Part shown: positions 9,711 to 19,399 of the stretch, piece by piece | Layout: every line of letters begins with the position of its first letter | Numbering within the stretch: the stretch's first letter is position 1 | From: an uncultured Chloroflexia bacterium | GTDB lineage: Bacteria; Chloroflexota; Dehalococcoidia; SZUA-161 | Direction of reading: 5' to 3' | Assembly: GCA_963847595.1 (NCBI GenBank) | Contig: CAWKAJ010000001.1 | Location: 601,258 to 665,257 of the forward strand | Length of the DNA: 64,000 nt | The notes under the pieces: generated by a model | Told to the model about the DNA's origin: nothing | Databases searched by the model: none | What the model saw: the letters and a program-made list of their open reading frames with translations, nothing else | Made by a program: the position numbers and the translations under genes

Positions 9711-9772
9711 GAAGTTGTAGGGTGGGTGTAGTCCTTCTTGGGAAAGACGAAACCCACCATTTACATTTTCAG
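9711..9772. repeat. repeat family H9 copy
   Basis: agaagttgtagggtgggtgtagtccttcttgggaaagacgaaacccaccatttacatt. Confidence 0.65.
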
Positions 9773-9773
9773 G

Positions 9774-10442
9774 CTATATTTCCTCTTTTGTCCTCGGAGG
9801 TAAGGGGGCAATTAACCATCCGCGTTTTGGATAGGCAAACCCGACGCTGTCTCTACTAAAAAGCATAGCGCGTCTGTACTGTGGTGAATGATTACACCAT
9901 TTCTTCAAATATGACTTTACTTGCCTATATCGGTTCCTTTTGGGTGTTCTATTCTCCCTTAAATCATCGTCGACATATTCCAAGAAGTAGAGAATCGGTT
10001 TTTGCAGGTTCTTGGATTTATAGACGTCTTTCAAGTCGCGAATATCCTTTTCGGTAAAGGTCAATGGGACAACTTGCCCACCACCACGTTTGATTTGGAC
10101 AGCGGCTAGGAGCGGTAATTCCTTTGCAAGTTCTCCTCTAGGGCGGTCCCAGTTGGACTGGGCCTCACTTGCTTTGCTCGGTGCCCACAGAACCAAGTCA
10201 ATGGGGCTTCTAGTCACGCAAGGCCATTCCAGCCGAGCCAAACATATCGTCGAATCTACCCCTGAGTTGGCTGCAAGTGACTCTCTCGTCCATGCCATTA
10301 AGCATGCAGCTATTTCGTGTTCATGGTAAAAATTAAAGGCATCATCACCTTGAAACTGAAATGCAAGCCGCTTCACGCTATTCTCAAATGCTCTCAGTAC
10401 TTCTAAAGACGTTGAATCCCTGTCTGCATAAAACTTTGACAT
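9774..10442 (-). CDS. hypothetical protein, possible PD-(D/E)xK nuclease-like fold
   Basis: 222 aa. The spacing HEHEI ... SPIDLVLW ... AAVQIKRGG fits the E / hhhD / (E/Q)xK pattern. GC is lower than in the core genes. Nothing else is recognisable. Confidence 0.4.
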   Translation of the reverse strand: MSKFYADRDSTSLEVLRAFENSVKRLAFQFQGDDAFNFYHEHEIAACLMAWTRESLAANSGVDSTICLARLEWPCVTRSPIDLVLWAPSKASEAQSNWDRPRGELAKELPLLAAVQIKRGGGQVVPLTFTEKDIRDLKDVYKSKNLQKPILYFLEYVDDDLRENRTPKRNRYRQVKSYLKKWCNHSPQYRRAMLFSRDSVGFAYPKRGWLIAPLPPRTKEEI

Positions 10443-10599
10443 TTCATCGTACTCCTTTATTTGTTAATCCCACCAAAGAACTTATCTGGCGATATTCTAC
10501 AGGGATATGCATATTCGTGCCAGAAGCCTCTTACAACCACCTGTTGACATACCTGGTTATCCAGAAGCATAATTGCCCTGGGAGCAGCAGTGTAAGTAT

Positions 10600-12159
10600 A
10601 TGGCCAAATACATCATAGCCCACGATGTAGGCACCAGCGGAAACAAGGCTGTCCTGGTAGATACCGAGGGGCATGTCCACGGCAAATGCTCCGAGCCCTA
10701 CAGGGTCTGCTATCCTAGGCCCGATTGGGCCGAGCAGGAGCCTGAGGACTGGTGGAAGGCAGTTACCCGCACCACCAGGCTCCTTCTGGAAAAGACAGGC
10801 GTATCGCCCGCCGATGTGCTCTGCGTGACACACTGCACACAGATGCTGGGCATCGTGCCTATAGACCCCCAAACGGGACCGCTCCGGCCCGGGATAATCT
10901 GGCTGGACAACAGGGCCTGCAATCAGGCGAATCGCGTCATGAGAAAGTTCATCAGCGCTCGCCTTTTCGCTCTTATCGCCGGTGCCGCCCTTTGCGGCAA
11001 GGACGGCATCCCCAAACTGCTCTGGCTGAAAGAGGAGGAGCCTGATATCTATAGTAAGATGAGCTGTTTCCTCGACGTCAACGGCTACCTTATCTATCGC
11101 AGCACCGGCAACATAGTCATGGAGTGGACCGGCGCCTCGGTGTTCGGGCTGGACCTCAAGAAAAAGCAGTGGCTTCGCAGCATCTTCCGCTACGTGGGGC
11201 TCGACCCCGCAAAGTTTCCGCCCCTGGTGCGGCCTATCGATAAGGTGGGAACGCTGTCCCGGGAAGCAGCCAGCGAATGCGGGCTGCTGCAGGGCACGCC
11301 TGTCATGGCAGGTGCGGGAGACGCCCCCTGCGCTGCGGTGGGCTCGGGCGCAGTCGGCGAAGGCGAGGGGCACGTCTACCTCGGCACATCGGGCTGGGTC
11401 GGCGTGGTCACAAAACGCACGCCCAAAGGCAAGTGCGGCGCAGCCTCGATACACTCGGCAGACCCCGATAAGGCGTTCCTGTTCGCTGAGACCGAGACCG
11501 CAGGGGCTTGCATGCAATGGATGGCCGAGCAGTTATACAGCTCCGAAAAGATAGACCCCAACATCGGCGATGTGTATGCCCTCATGGACGAGAGAGTTGC
11601 CCGCATACCGCCGGGTTCCGGCTATCTGCTCTTCACGCCCTGGATGTACGGAGAGAGGGCGCCCATCAGCGACTGCAACGTGCGCTCCAGCTTTCTGAAC
11701 CTGAGCGCCGAGCATACCCGCGACCACCTGCTCCGCGCCGTCTACGAGGGGATAGCTTACAATATCAGGTGGATCGTGGAAATCATCGAGAAGGAGTACA
11801 AATTCCCCCTTCCTGATCTCAGGGTAATCGGCGGAGGAGCCAAAGCTGCGCCTTTGATGCAGATTCTGTCAGATGTAACTCAACGAAAGGTGGAGACTGT
11901 CCGCTACCCGCAAGAAGCAGGCGCGGTAGGGGCAGCCATGGTGGCGGCGGTCGGCCTCGGTATCTATCCGAATTTCGAGGCACTAAAAAAGGTGGTGAAT
12001 GTGGACAAGGCCTTCGAGCCTGAGGAAAAGAACCGGGGTATCTACGATTCCCTCTACGGCTCTTACCGGGAGGCATACAGCAGCCTTCGCGGCTTCTATA
12101 AAAGGCTCAATGAGCGGAGAGCGATTCAGCAACGTTCCTGCAAGGAGGTGCGTGGATGA
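10600..12159 (+). CDS. FGGY-family carbohydrate kinase (xylulokinase/glycerol-kinase-like)
   Basis: MAKYIIAHDVGTSGNKAVLVD N-terminal phosphate-1 motif and a full-length FGGY architecture. The track ORF starts 27 nt earlier. Confidence 0.88.
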   Translation: MAKYIIAHDVGTSGNKAVLVDTEGHVHGKCSEPYRVCYPRPDWAEQEPEDWWKAVTRTTRLLLEKTGVSPADVLCVTHCTQMLGIVPIDPQTGPLRPGIIWLDNRACNQANRVMRKFISARLFALIAGAALCGKDGIPKLLWLKEEEPDIYSKMSCFLDVNGYLIYRSTGNIVMEWTGASVFGLDLKKKQWLRSIFRYVGLDPAKFPPLVRPIDKVGTLSREAASECGLLQGTPVMAGAGDAPCAAVGSGAVGEGEGHVYLGTSGWVGVVTKRTPKGKCGAASIHSADPDKAFLFAETETAGACMQWMAEQLYSSEKIDPNIGDVYALMDERVARIPPGSGYLLFTPWMYGERAPISDCNVRSSFLNLSAEHTRDHLLRAVYEGIAYNIRWIVEIIEKEYKFPLPDLRVIGGGAKAAPLMQILSDVTQRKVETVRYPQEAGAVGAAMVAAVGLGIYPNFEALKKVVNVDKAFEPEEKNRGIYDSLYGSYREAYSSLRGFYKRLNERRAIQQRSCKEVRG

Positions 12160-13469
12160 ATACTGAAGAAATCCTGAGCTTACCCTCGGCGCTGCCGGAC
12201 GGGGTGGACTACGATGAGTATCTCATCGCCACCTATCTGGCTTCTTTCGCGGCGGTATGGCCCATTCCCGTGCTTGCCGAGGCGCTCGCTATCGAGCAGA
12301 GCACAGGCACCTGGGTAGCAGTTCCGGGCGAGACCTCGGAGGTACGCTGCCAGCACGTAGCCAAGGTGTTGGGCGTATATGAGCTGCCTGACTACGAGTT
12401 CGAGGTGCCCCAGTCTCTGGAAACAAGGAACTGGATTATCCAGATAGCCTATCCTGAAGTTAACATCGGGGAACAGATACCCATGCTGCTGACTACAGTG
12501 GTAGGCAACATCTCGATGGGTGGAAATATAAAGCTGCTGGACATACGTTTCCCCAAGAAATTCGTCGCCGGGTTCAAGGGACCGAAATTCGGCATCGCAG
12601 GCATCAGGAAAATCCTGAAAATCCCCAAGCGGCCCCTGCTCAACAATATGATTAAGCCCTGCACAGGCTATAAGTTAGAGGTTGGCGCCGAGTTGTTCCG
12701 GAAAGCCGCCACGGGCGGCTGTGACATCATAAAGGACGATGAGCTCATCGCCGATGCCTCGTTCAACTCCATAAAAGGGCGCGTCAAGCGCTACATGGAG
12801 ATCGAGAAACAGGTCTACGAGGAGACCGGCGAGCATACCCTGTACACCGTGAACATAACGGACAAGATACCGAAGGTCTTTCAGAACGCCAAACGCGCGG
12901 TGGAGCTGGGCTGCAACGCCTTGATGATAAACTATCTCGCAGTGGGATTGCCCGTAATGCAGGCGCTGGCGGAGGACCCCAAGATAAATGTCCCTATCCT
13001 GGCGCATATGGATGTCGCCGGCGCCATGTATATGTCGCCGCTGCACGGCATGAGCTCCCATCTTGTGCTGGGCAAGCTGCCCCGCCTCGCCGGGGCCGAT
13101 GTCGTGGTCATACCGGCCCCCTACGGCAAAGCGCCGGTCATACCCGATAAGTTCCGCAACGTCGCCAAGAATCTGTCTTTCCCTTTGTACCATCTCAAGC
13201 CGACATTCCCCATGCCCTCCGGCGGAATCACGCCGTCCATGGTGCCGCAGGTAATCGCCGACCTGGGAACCGATATCGTAATCGGCTCGGGAGGCGGCAT
13301 TCACGCCCATCCCGGGGGGCCCATCGCAGGCGGGAAAGCATTCCGTCAGGCCATCGACGCTACACTGCAGGGCATTTCATTGGAGGAGTACGCTAAGGAC
13401 CACCCGGAGCTTGATACTGCACTCAAGGAATGGAGCGACCCGTTCGGCAAAGGGGTCGCCGCCCGGTAA
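12156..13469 (+). CDS. RuBisCO large-subunit-like protein (form IV RLP)
   Basis: The large-subunit core is conserved (GGCDIIKDDE, i.e. K201/D203/E204 equivalents, and SGGGIHAHPGG). The residues equivalent to K177 and R295 are replaced (MIKPCTG, ILAHMDV), arguing against a bona fide carboxylase. The start overlaps the kinase stop by 4 nt. Confidence 0.85.
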   Translation: MNTEEILSLPSALPDGVDYDEYLIATYLASFAAVWPIPVLAEALAIEQSTGTWVAVPGETSEVRCQHVAKVLGVYELPDYEFEVPQSLETRNWIIQIAYPEVNIGEQIPMLLTTVVGNISMGGNIKLLDIRFPKKFVAGFKGPKFGIAGIRKILKIPKRPLLNNMIKPCTGYKLEVGAELFRKAATGGCDIIKDDELIADASFNSIKGRVKRYMEIEKQVYEETGEHTLYTVNITDKIPKVFQNAKRAVELGCNALMINYLAVGLPVMQALAEDPKINVPILAHMDVAGAMYMSPLHGMSSHLVLGKLPRLAGADVVVIPAPYGKAPVIPDKFRNVAKNLSFPLYHLKPTFPMPSGGITPSMVPQVIADLGTDIVIGSGGGIHAHPGGPIAGGKAFRQAIDATLQGISLEEYAKDHPELDTALKEWSDPFGKGVAAR

Positions 13470-13486
13470 CAGGAAAGGAGGAGGAA

Positions 13487-14704
13487 ATGTCCAGGGTTAC
13501 AGTCTTAGGAGGCTCAGGAGCAGTCGGGAGCGTTGCCGCAGAAACCCTCGCTTCGAGCGGATTTTTTTCCGAAATAGTTCTCGCTGACGCCCGGCTGGAA
13601 CAGGCGAAGAAGCTGGCCGCAAAGCTCGGGGCGAAGAAGGTCTCCGCTGTCAAATTCGATGCGGCAGACCCCCGGAGTATCAAGGTAACGGTCGCCGGCT
13701 CGGCGGTCGTCCTGAACTGTGTCGGCCCGTTCTACAAGTACGGCCCCGTAATTTTGAAGGCGGTGATAGATTCTAAAATCAACTATGTCGATGTTTGCGA
13801 TGATTTCGATGCCACAGAGGAAATGCTGGGCATGGACAAGGCAGCGAAGAAGGCCGGCGTTTCAGCCCTCATCGGGATGGGCAGCTCGCCCGGCATCGCC
13901 AATGTCCTGGTCAGGTTCTGCGCCGATTCGATGCTCGACCGTGTGGAAGCGGTGGATATCTACCATGCCCACGGCGGCGAAAAGATAGAAGGCCCTGCGG
14001 TAGTCAAGCACAGAATCCACTCCATGAAAGCGGACGTGCCCATGTTCCTCAAAGGCAAGTTCACCACTGTCAGGCTCTTCGATGATAGCGGCAGGGCCTT
14101 AGAGGAGGAGGTCGAGTTCAGGGATGTGGGCACGTACGGCGTTTATGCCTATCCGCATCCGGAGACCATCACCCTGCCCCGGTATCTGAAGGGAGTGAAG
14201 CGGGTAACCAACCTGGGGCTGGTGCTGCCGCCTGCTTATGCAGAGCTGATAAAGGGGATGGTAAGGCTGGGCGTGACGGACGAGGAACCGGTTGAAGTCC
14301 AGGGACACAGCATCATCCCGCTCGAATTTGCGGTTGCCTTCATACTCTCCAGGCGGAAGAAGCTGATGCAAGAAGCCGGCCTCGCCGGGCCCATGGGCTG
14401 TCTCAAGATAGTAGTGAAAGGTTCCAAGGACGGCAAAAAGAGCACCTATATCTTCTCCATGTCCTCGAAGAGGCAGGGCATGGGCGAAGGCACAGGCATT
14501 CCCGCAGCGCTGGGTGCGATGCTGATGGGTACGGGCCGGATAAAAGGGAAAGGCGTCCTGCCGCCCGAAGCATGCATCGAGCCCATGGAACTGCTCGAGC
14601 TGGCACGCACCAAGGTCAGCGCCGGCGGAGGCAAAGGTTTTCCCATCGTTATCGAATATATAGACAGCTCCGGCAAATCGAAGACTGTGGACCTTTTTAA
14701 ATAA
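13487..14704 (+). CDS. saccharopine-dehydrogenase-like NAD(P)-binding protein
   Basis: MSRVTVLGGSGAVGSVAAETL Rossmann N-terminus and a Sacchrp_dh-like overall pattern. Strong RBS AGGAAAGGAGGAGG. It sits 18 nt after the RLP stop. Confidence 0.8.
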   Translation: MSRVTVLGGSGAVGSVAAETLASSGFFSEIVLADARLEQAKKLAAKLGAKKVSAVKFDAADPRSIKVTVAGSAVVLNCVGPFYKYGPVILKAVIDSKINYVDVCDDFDATEEMLGMDKAAKKAGVSALIGMGSSPGIANVLVRFCADSMLDRVEAVDIYHAHGGEKIEGPAVVKHRIHSMKADVPMFLKGKFTTVRLFDDSGRALEEEVEFRDVGTYGVYAYPHPETITLPRYLKGVKRVTNLGLVLPPAYAELIKGMVRLGVTDEEPVEVQGHSIIPLEFAVAFILSRRKKLMQEAGLAGPMGCLKIVVKGSKDGKKSTYIFSMSSKRQGMGEGTGIPAALGAMLMGTGRIKGKGVLPPEACIEPMELLELARTKVSAGGGKGFPIVIEYIDSSGKSKTVDLFK

Positions 14705-14738
14705 CTGTCCATCGTCCTGGGATATGCAAGCGTGATTA

Positions 14739-14850
14739 AGGGGGCGACCCGCCTTCGGCGGGTCGCCCCCTTAATATGTCATTGCGAGGAGTCCGCCTCT
14801 GGCGGACGACGTGGCAATCTCCCCGAGCCCGTGTAGCGCCGTGACAGGGA
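14739..14850. repeat. repeat family B copy 1: GC hairpin (ggggcgacccgccTTCGgcgggtcgcccc) + tgtcattgcgag..ccgccNNNNggcgg..gcaatctc hairpin
   Basis: Copies at 16135-16190, 23838-23950 and 58680-58950. The first hairpin may double as the operon terminator after 14704. Confidence 0.7.
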
Positions 14851-14857
14851 GTGCAGA

Positions 14858-14950
14858 GGGACAACAGTCCCTTTGCCGGGGGTTTGGGGGTGTCCCCCAA
14901 TTTCCTTTCCTCCCCCAAGACTGGGGGATACAGGGGGTTCAAGAAGGTTG
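14858..14950. repeat. G-rich triple-hairpin repeat, family A copy 2
   Basis: gtgcagagggacaacagtccctttgccgggggtttgggggtgtcccccaa...cccccaagactgggggatacagggggttcaagaag. Confidence 0.7.
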
Positions 14951-14966
14951 CCAAACACTCCCCCCA

Positions 14967-15275
14967 TTACATGGACATTAGCGGGTACACTGCCACCTGT
15001 CCGCCATTGGCTATGACCGGACAGCCTTTAGCCAGCGCAACCGCGGCATCGAGGCTTTTAGCCTGCAATATGCTGTACCCGGTGACAGGTTTAGCTCCAG
15101 TGCTCTTGACGCCGCCTTTACCGACGATTTTCCCCGGTTGAGCCGGGGCGCCTCCATCCACGACAGCCTTGCCGAGGTCTGCGAACCATTTCATCCACTT
15201 AGCCATCGTCTTCTCGACCAGTTTCGGATCGGTTTCCATTTCGCCACCGTAGTATACCAGTAAGTATTTCCCCAT
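14967..15275 (-). CDS. YciI-like (DGPF/YCII-related) small protein
   Basis: 102 aa. MGKYLLVYYGGEMETDPKL...W..W pattern typical of YciI-like proteins. Confidence 0.55.
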   Translation of the reverse strand: MGKYLLVYYGGEMETDPKLVEKTMAKWMKWFADLGKAVVDGGAPAQPGKIVGKGGVKSTGAKPVTGYSILQAKSLDAAVALAKGCPVIANGGQVAVYPLMSM

Positions 15276-15479
15276 CTTCTCCTCCCTTCAAGTGGCTTGC
15301 AGAAGCATCACCCGAATAGAAAGGTGCAGGCACTCTGCAACAGCCCTATAAAAAATTTTACGCAGCTAAAATAAAGAAGTCATAAAATTAAGGAAAAAAA
15401 GGTTAACAAGTTATGACATTTGAGGCAAGGTCTTTGCAGCTATGCGTGGGGGCGCTATAGATTGCTCGGCGCAGAGATA

Positions 15480-15899
15480 CTATAGTTGACCTCTGCTTGC
15501 CGTCTGCCTCTTATCGGGAGCCAGCCTCTTTCTCGCCATAGCAGCTTCGACTCGCTCGACTACATCGCGGGTGTCGAAGGGTTTTGTCACATAGTCACAG
15601 GCGCCCAGGCGGATACTCTCTTCTACTGCTTCCCTGTCCGGGGTTGGCTCGACCACAATAAACTGAGTCTCAGGACAACGCTCAACCAGCTTGGGCAGCA
15701 ATTCTGCCGCCGGCGTTCTCGACATCATAGCGTCCAGGATAACCACATCGAATTCGTACTCTGCGCACTTATCCAGAGCATCCAGTCCAGTCGACACAGC
15801 AACACAGTAATAGCACTCTCTAGACAGGCTCGACAAGAGCATTCTGCCTGCCGATGCGTCGCCTTCGACTATCAAGATAGAACCCTTAAATATGCTCAT
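15480..15899 (-). CDS. stand-alone response-regulator receiver domain protein (CheY-like)
   Basis: 139 aa with the ILIVEGD...DVVILD...K receiver pattern. No output domain. Confidence 0.85.
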   Translation of the reverse strand: MSIFKGSILIVEGDASAGRMLLSSLSRECYYCVAVSTGLDALDKCAEYEFDVVILDAMMSRTPAAELLPKLVERCPETQFIVVEPTPDREAVEESIRLGACDYVTKPFDTRDVVERVEAAMARKRLAPDKRQTASRGQL

Positions 15900-16106
15900 T
15901 ATGTCCTATTTCCGATCAGTCCCCGGAGAGCCTTCCCTAGCCCTAATTACGTTTTAGCACGATGGTACTGGGTGGTCAACCTCAAAGTACTTAATTCTTC
16001 ATCACTTTTCCCACCATTTTTGCGGCTCTCACACGCAAGATTATTAAGCAACACATGGCAATCCCGAGTCCTCTGGACGCTCAAAAAGACCTCTCAGCAA
16101 CCAGGG

Positions 16107-16190
16107 AGTAATGTAGGGGCGCACTGCAGTGCGCCCCTATAATATGTCATTGCGAGGAGTCCGCCCCAGGCGGACGACGCGGCAATCTCT
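16107..16190. repeat. repeat modules H4 (gtaggggcGCACTGCAGTGCgcccct) + family B hairpin (copy 3)
   Basis: taatgtaggggcgcactgcagtgcgcccctataatatgtcattgcgaggagtccgccccaggcggacgacgcggcaatctc. Confidence 0.7.
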
Positions 16191-16326
16191 CCCAGCCTTC
16201 CTCTTCCGCTCTGTGGTAAATTATCGCGTGTTCGAAAATCTATACTTTATAACGCGGAAGTAGATAGGGAAGCTGTCTCAAAAGCTCCTTGAGGAAACGG
16301 AGTTTCGACCTCAAAGCTAATACCTC

Positions 16327-17835
16327 CTATTTCTTTTCATGTTTCTCTACGAGGTCAGCCACGACTATTCCCGAGAGGATAGTGGAGGGGACACCGCCTC
16401 CTGAACATGTAGAAGCTCCTGCCAGATACAACCCCTTGATGCACTTCGATTTCGAGGAGGGACGGAACACGGTTATACTGGTGACATCCTGTCTCAAGGC
16501 ATAAATTGCGCCCTCGGGCGACAGCAGTCTCCTTTCAAAATCCACCGGCGTGCCAAATTCAGCCACTTTGACATGTTCTGCCAGGCCGGGGATGTACTTC
16601 TTTGAATAATAGTTGATTATATTTTCCTGGAGGCGCGGCTTCTCTTTGTCCCAGTCGGATTCCTTCAATTTGTACGGACCGGGAGCCAAGGTCAGGCATA
16701 TAATGTGATGACCTGGAGGGGCTAGAGCAGGGTCTGAAGCTGATGTCCAACTGATGATGCCGAACTGTTCAGTCGGGTAATAGCCCTTCTTATAGACATT
16801 CCACCAGAAGTCATTCAGCTCGTTCATCGGCAGCGTAGCGAGCGTATGATGGGATTCGAGGGGTGGCTTGTAGTCAACACCCAAATACATCATGGGAACG
16901 GCTATGGAATATTCATAGCTCTTCAGCCCCTTACGCACCAGCCAGGGCAAGTGTTCCTCTCCAATCATATTTAAATATAGTTGCTTGGCATTTATGTCGG
17001 ATACAACTATGTCCGAGGTAATCTCGGTCCCATCCGTTAAAGCTACTCCCATAGCTTTGCCGCGGTTTATCATCACCCGTTTGACACGGGTATTCAGTCT
17101 GACTTTCGCGCCCAATTTCTCTCCGCACCTCTGCAGGGCTGCGGGAATTTGTATCATGCCCCCCTTTGAATAGTACATCCCCCTCCGCTCCAGGCATGCC
17201 AGCATGGCTGCGTACCCGGGGCACAGCTCGGGAGGCAGTCCCAGATAGAAGGTTTGATAGCCTACAGATTCACGAACTCGAGCATCCTTGAAATATTTAT
17301 TTATTTCATCCTGATAGCTTCTCAGGAACATAGGCAGAAACGGGATAAGCCCGGGCGCGCGCCTTATTAGCCTGGACATGTCGCCTAATGTATTGGTCGG
17401 GCTTTGAAAAAAGCCGCCCGCAAAGGCATTGCCCAGGAATTTATTCATGTAATTGAAGTATTTGTACCAGCCTTTCTGGTCTTTGGCAGCTATCTTGCCG
17501 ATTTGCCTGGCTGTTTCCTCGCTGGACAGTGGGTACTTCAGTCTGGTGCCATCTTTCATAATCACACTGTAAACCGGATCGACCGATACCAGATTAACCT
17601 CCCGTTGCAACGAAGTCCCCAGCCTTTGGAATGCCAGGTCTATCTGATCGGCTGCTTCAATTAGAGAGGCACCTAAATCGAAGCGAAAACCATCCTTCTC
17701 GAAAGTTGAGCAACACCCTCCTACGCGCTCGCTTTGCTCGAGAATGAGCACTTTGCGCCCCTGTTTTGCCAGCAGGGCTCCTGAGCTGAGTCCTCCCAGC
17801 CCTGCACCGATGACGATGGCATCATAGTCCGACAT
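16327..17835 (-). CDS. FAD-dependent oxidoreductase, phytoene-desaturase (CrtI/amine-oxidase) family
   Basis: MSDYDAIVIGAGLGGLSSGALLAKQGRKVLILEQSERVGG dinucleotide-binding N-terminus. About 500 aa, CrtI-like. Confidence 0.85.
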   Translation of the reverse strand: MSDYDAIVIGAGLGGLSSGALLAKQGRKVLILEQSERVGGCCSTFEKDGFRFDLGASLIEAADQIDLAFQRLGTSLQREVNLVSVDPVYSVIMKDGTRLKYPLSSEETARQIGKIAAKDQKGWYKYFNYMNKFLGNAFAGGFFQSPTNTLGDMSRLIRRAPGLIPFLPMFLRSYQDEINKYFKDARVRESVGYQTFYLGLPPELCPGYAAMLACLERRGMYYSKGGMIQIPAALQRCGEKLGAKVRLNTRVKRVMINRGKAMGVALTDGTEITSDIVVSDINAKQLYLNMIGEEHLPWLVRKGLKSYEYSIAVPMMYLGVDYKPPLESHHTLATLPMNELNDFWWNVYKKGYYPTEQFGIISWTSASDPALAPPGHHIICLTLAPGPYKLKESDWDKEKPRLQENIINYYSKKYIPGLAEHVKVAEFGTPVDFERRLLSPEGAIYALRQDVTSITVFRPSSKSKCIKGLYLAGASTCSGGGVPSTILSGIVVADLVEKHEKK

Positions 17836-18161
17836 TTGGCACCTCACTTACCGCCGCAGTATAAATTACGTGACATTATCCGGGGCACTCTATTTTGCGT
17901 GCCTTTTGGCTTATTCTTCGCACTCGATATTTCAAAAGCATTATAGCCCTAACAGACCAATAATACACCCCAGCTACCGGGAAGAGATGAGTGAATGATA
18001 TCTTGCGGCAGGTTTCGGCTCCAGGACAAATCCTTGACTTTTTGAGGATTCGGATGATAATACTCAATAAAACACTTGAATAGACTTTGCTAGAAGTAGC
18101 TTGAGAAGCTATCTTTACGTTACATCAGTATATATGAAATAGTGATCGTACGGGAAAGCAT

Positions 18162-19334
18162 ATGAGACGCTCGACACCACGTGTAGCAAGAATCTTGGTT
18201 TATGCCTTGCTGACAGTTCTGGCCATTGTGCCCTTAGCAGCAGCGTCGCACTCGGCGGCATCACCAGCATCCCCGATTAGCCTGACTGGCTCTGTGCAGG
18301 TTTCATTTCCGAATTCAATCACTTTTGATGTTACGGCGCAAAGCGATGCCAACATCACTAAGCTCAGGCTGCATTACATTGTAGATGAGCAGAACTTTGC
18401 TCAGGTGGTTAGCGAGACTTGGCCGCAGTTTACTCCCTCAACATCGGTGGATACCCAGTGGGTCTGGAACATGCAAGAAAGTGGCGGACTCCCGCCGGGG
18501 GCACAGGTGGAATATTGGTGGACAGCCCAGGATGCAGCAGGCGACAGCGCTCAGACAGACACTTCCACGGTCTCTTTCGACGATAACAGATATAACTGGC
18601 AATCTATTACCACGGGGCCTGTTACCCTGCTATGGTATAGCGGAAATCAGCTGTTCGCGAACACACTCATGAACGCTGCCCAAGAGGGGTTGCAGAGGAT
18701 TCAAAACGATTTGGGCCTCACGCCCCAGGGCCACGTTCGCATCTACATCTATGCCAGTACCCAGGACCTGCAAGGAGCTATGCTTTTCGCGCAGCAATGG
18801 GAGGGTGGCGTGACCTTCGAGGGTTTTAACATCACCGCTATCGGCGTAGCCCCAGACCAGTTGTCTTTCGGCGAGGGGGCCATTCCCCACGAACTGACAC
18901 ACTGGGTTGTGCACCAGGTTACCTTCAATGACTATGGCGCCGGGCTGCCCCCCTGGCTGGATGAAGGCCTGGCCACTTACATCCAGGGCACTGTCCCTGA
19001 CTATCAGGATGCGCTCAATTACGCAATCCAACACAACCAGTTGATATCTGTGCGCAGCCTTTCCAGCCCTTTCTCTGCGATAACAGAACAAGCCCTGATA
19101 TCGTATGGGGAAAGCCAGAGCATCGTAACGTTTCTTCTCCAGACATATGGTAAGGATAAGATGGATCAATTGTTGAACGTGTTCCATCAGGGTGCCGGCT
19201 ACGACGACGCACTCAAACAGGTCTATGGCTTTGACCAGGACGGCCTCGAAGCTCTGTGGCTGCAGAGCCTGGGTATCAACATAGCGCTCGACCTCCAGCA
19301 AGAGCTTGCACTGGCCGCTGCCTCTCCGGCGTAG
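18162..19334 (+). CDS. secreted HExxH-motif protein (putative zinc metallopeptidase-like)
   Basis: Signal peptide (MRRSTPRVARILVYALLTVLAIVPLAAA) and a single HELTHWVVH motif. No further family assignment is possible by eye. Confidence 0.55.
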   Translation: MRRSTPRVARILVYALLTVLAIVPLAAASHSAASPASPISLTGSVQVSFPNSITFDVTAQSDANITKLRLHYIVDEQNFAQVVSETWPQFTPSTSVDTQWVWNMQESGGLPPGAQVEYWWTAQDAAGDSAQTDTSTVSFDDNRYNWQSITTGPVTLLWYSGNQLFANTLMNAAQEGLQRIQNDLGLTPQGHVRIYIYASTQDLQGAMLFAQQWEGGVTFEGFNITAIGVAPDQLSFGEGAIPHELTHWVVHQVTFNDYGAGLPPWLDEGLATYIQGTVPDYQDALNYAIQHNQLISVRSLSSPFSAITEQALISYGESQSIVTFLLQTYGKDKMDQLLNVFHQGAGYDDALKQVYGFDQDGLEALWLQSLGINIALDLQQELALAAASPA

Positions 19335-19399
19335 TTTTATGTGTCTAAAATCTGACTAAGTGTCGATATGCTAACGTGGAGGTTCCATTGAACCGTAAG

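Noticed and set aside
12156-13469. Bona fide CO2-fixing RuBisCO (form II/III)
   Set aside because: The residues equivalent to K177 (Cys here) and R295 (Met here) are substituted, so this is a RuBisCO-like protein rather than a carboxylase. The judgement is by eye and needs alignment to confirm.
14739-14772. Simple Rho-independent terminator after the saccharopine-DH-like gene
   Set aside because: The GC hairpin is not followed by a U-tract. The same hairpin precedes the family-B repeat at 23838, so it is primarily a repeat module. It may still terminate transcription.
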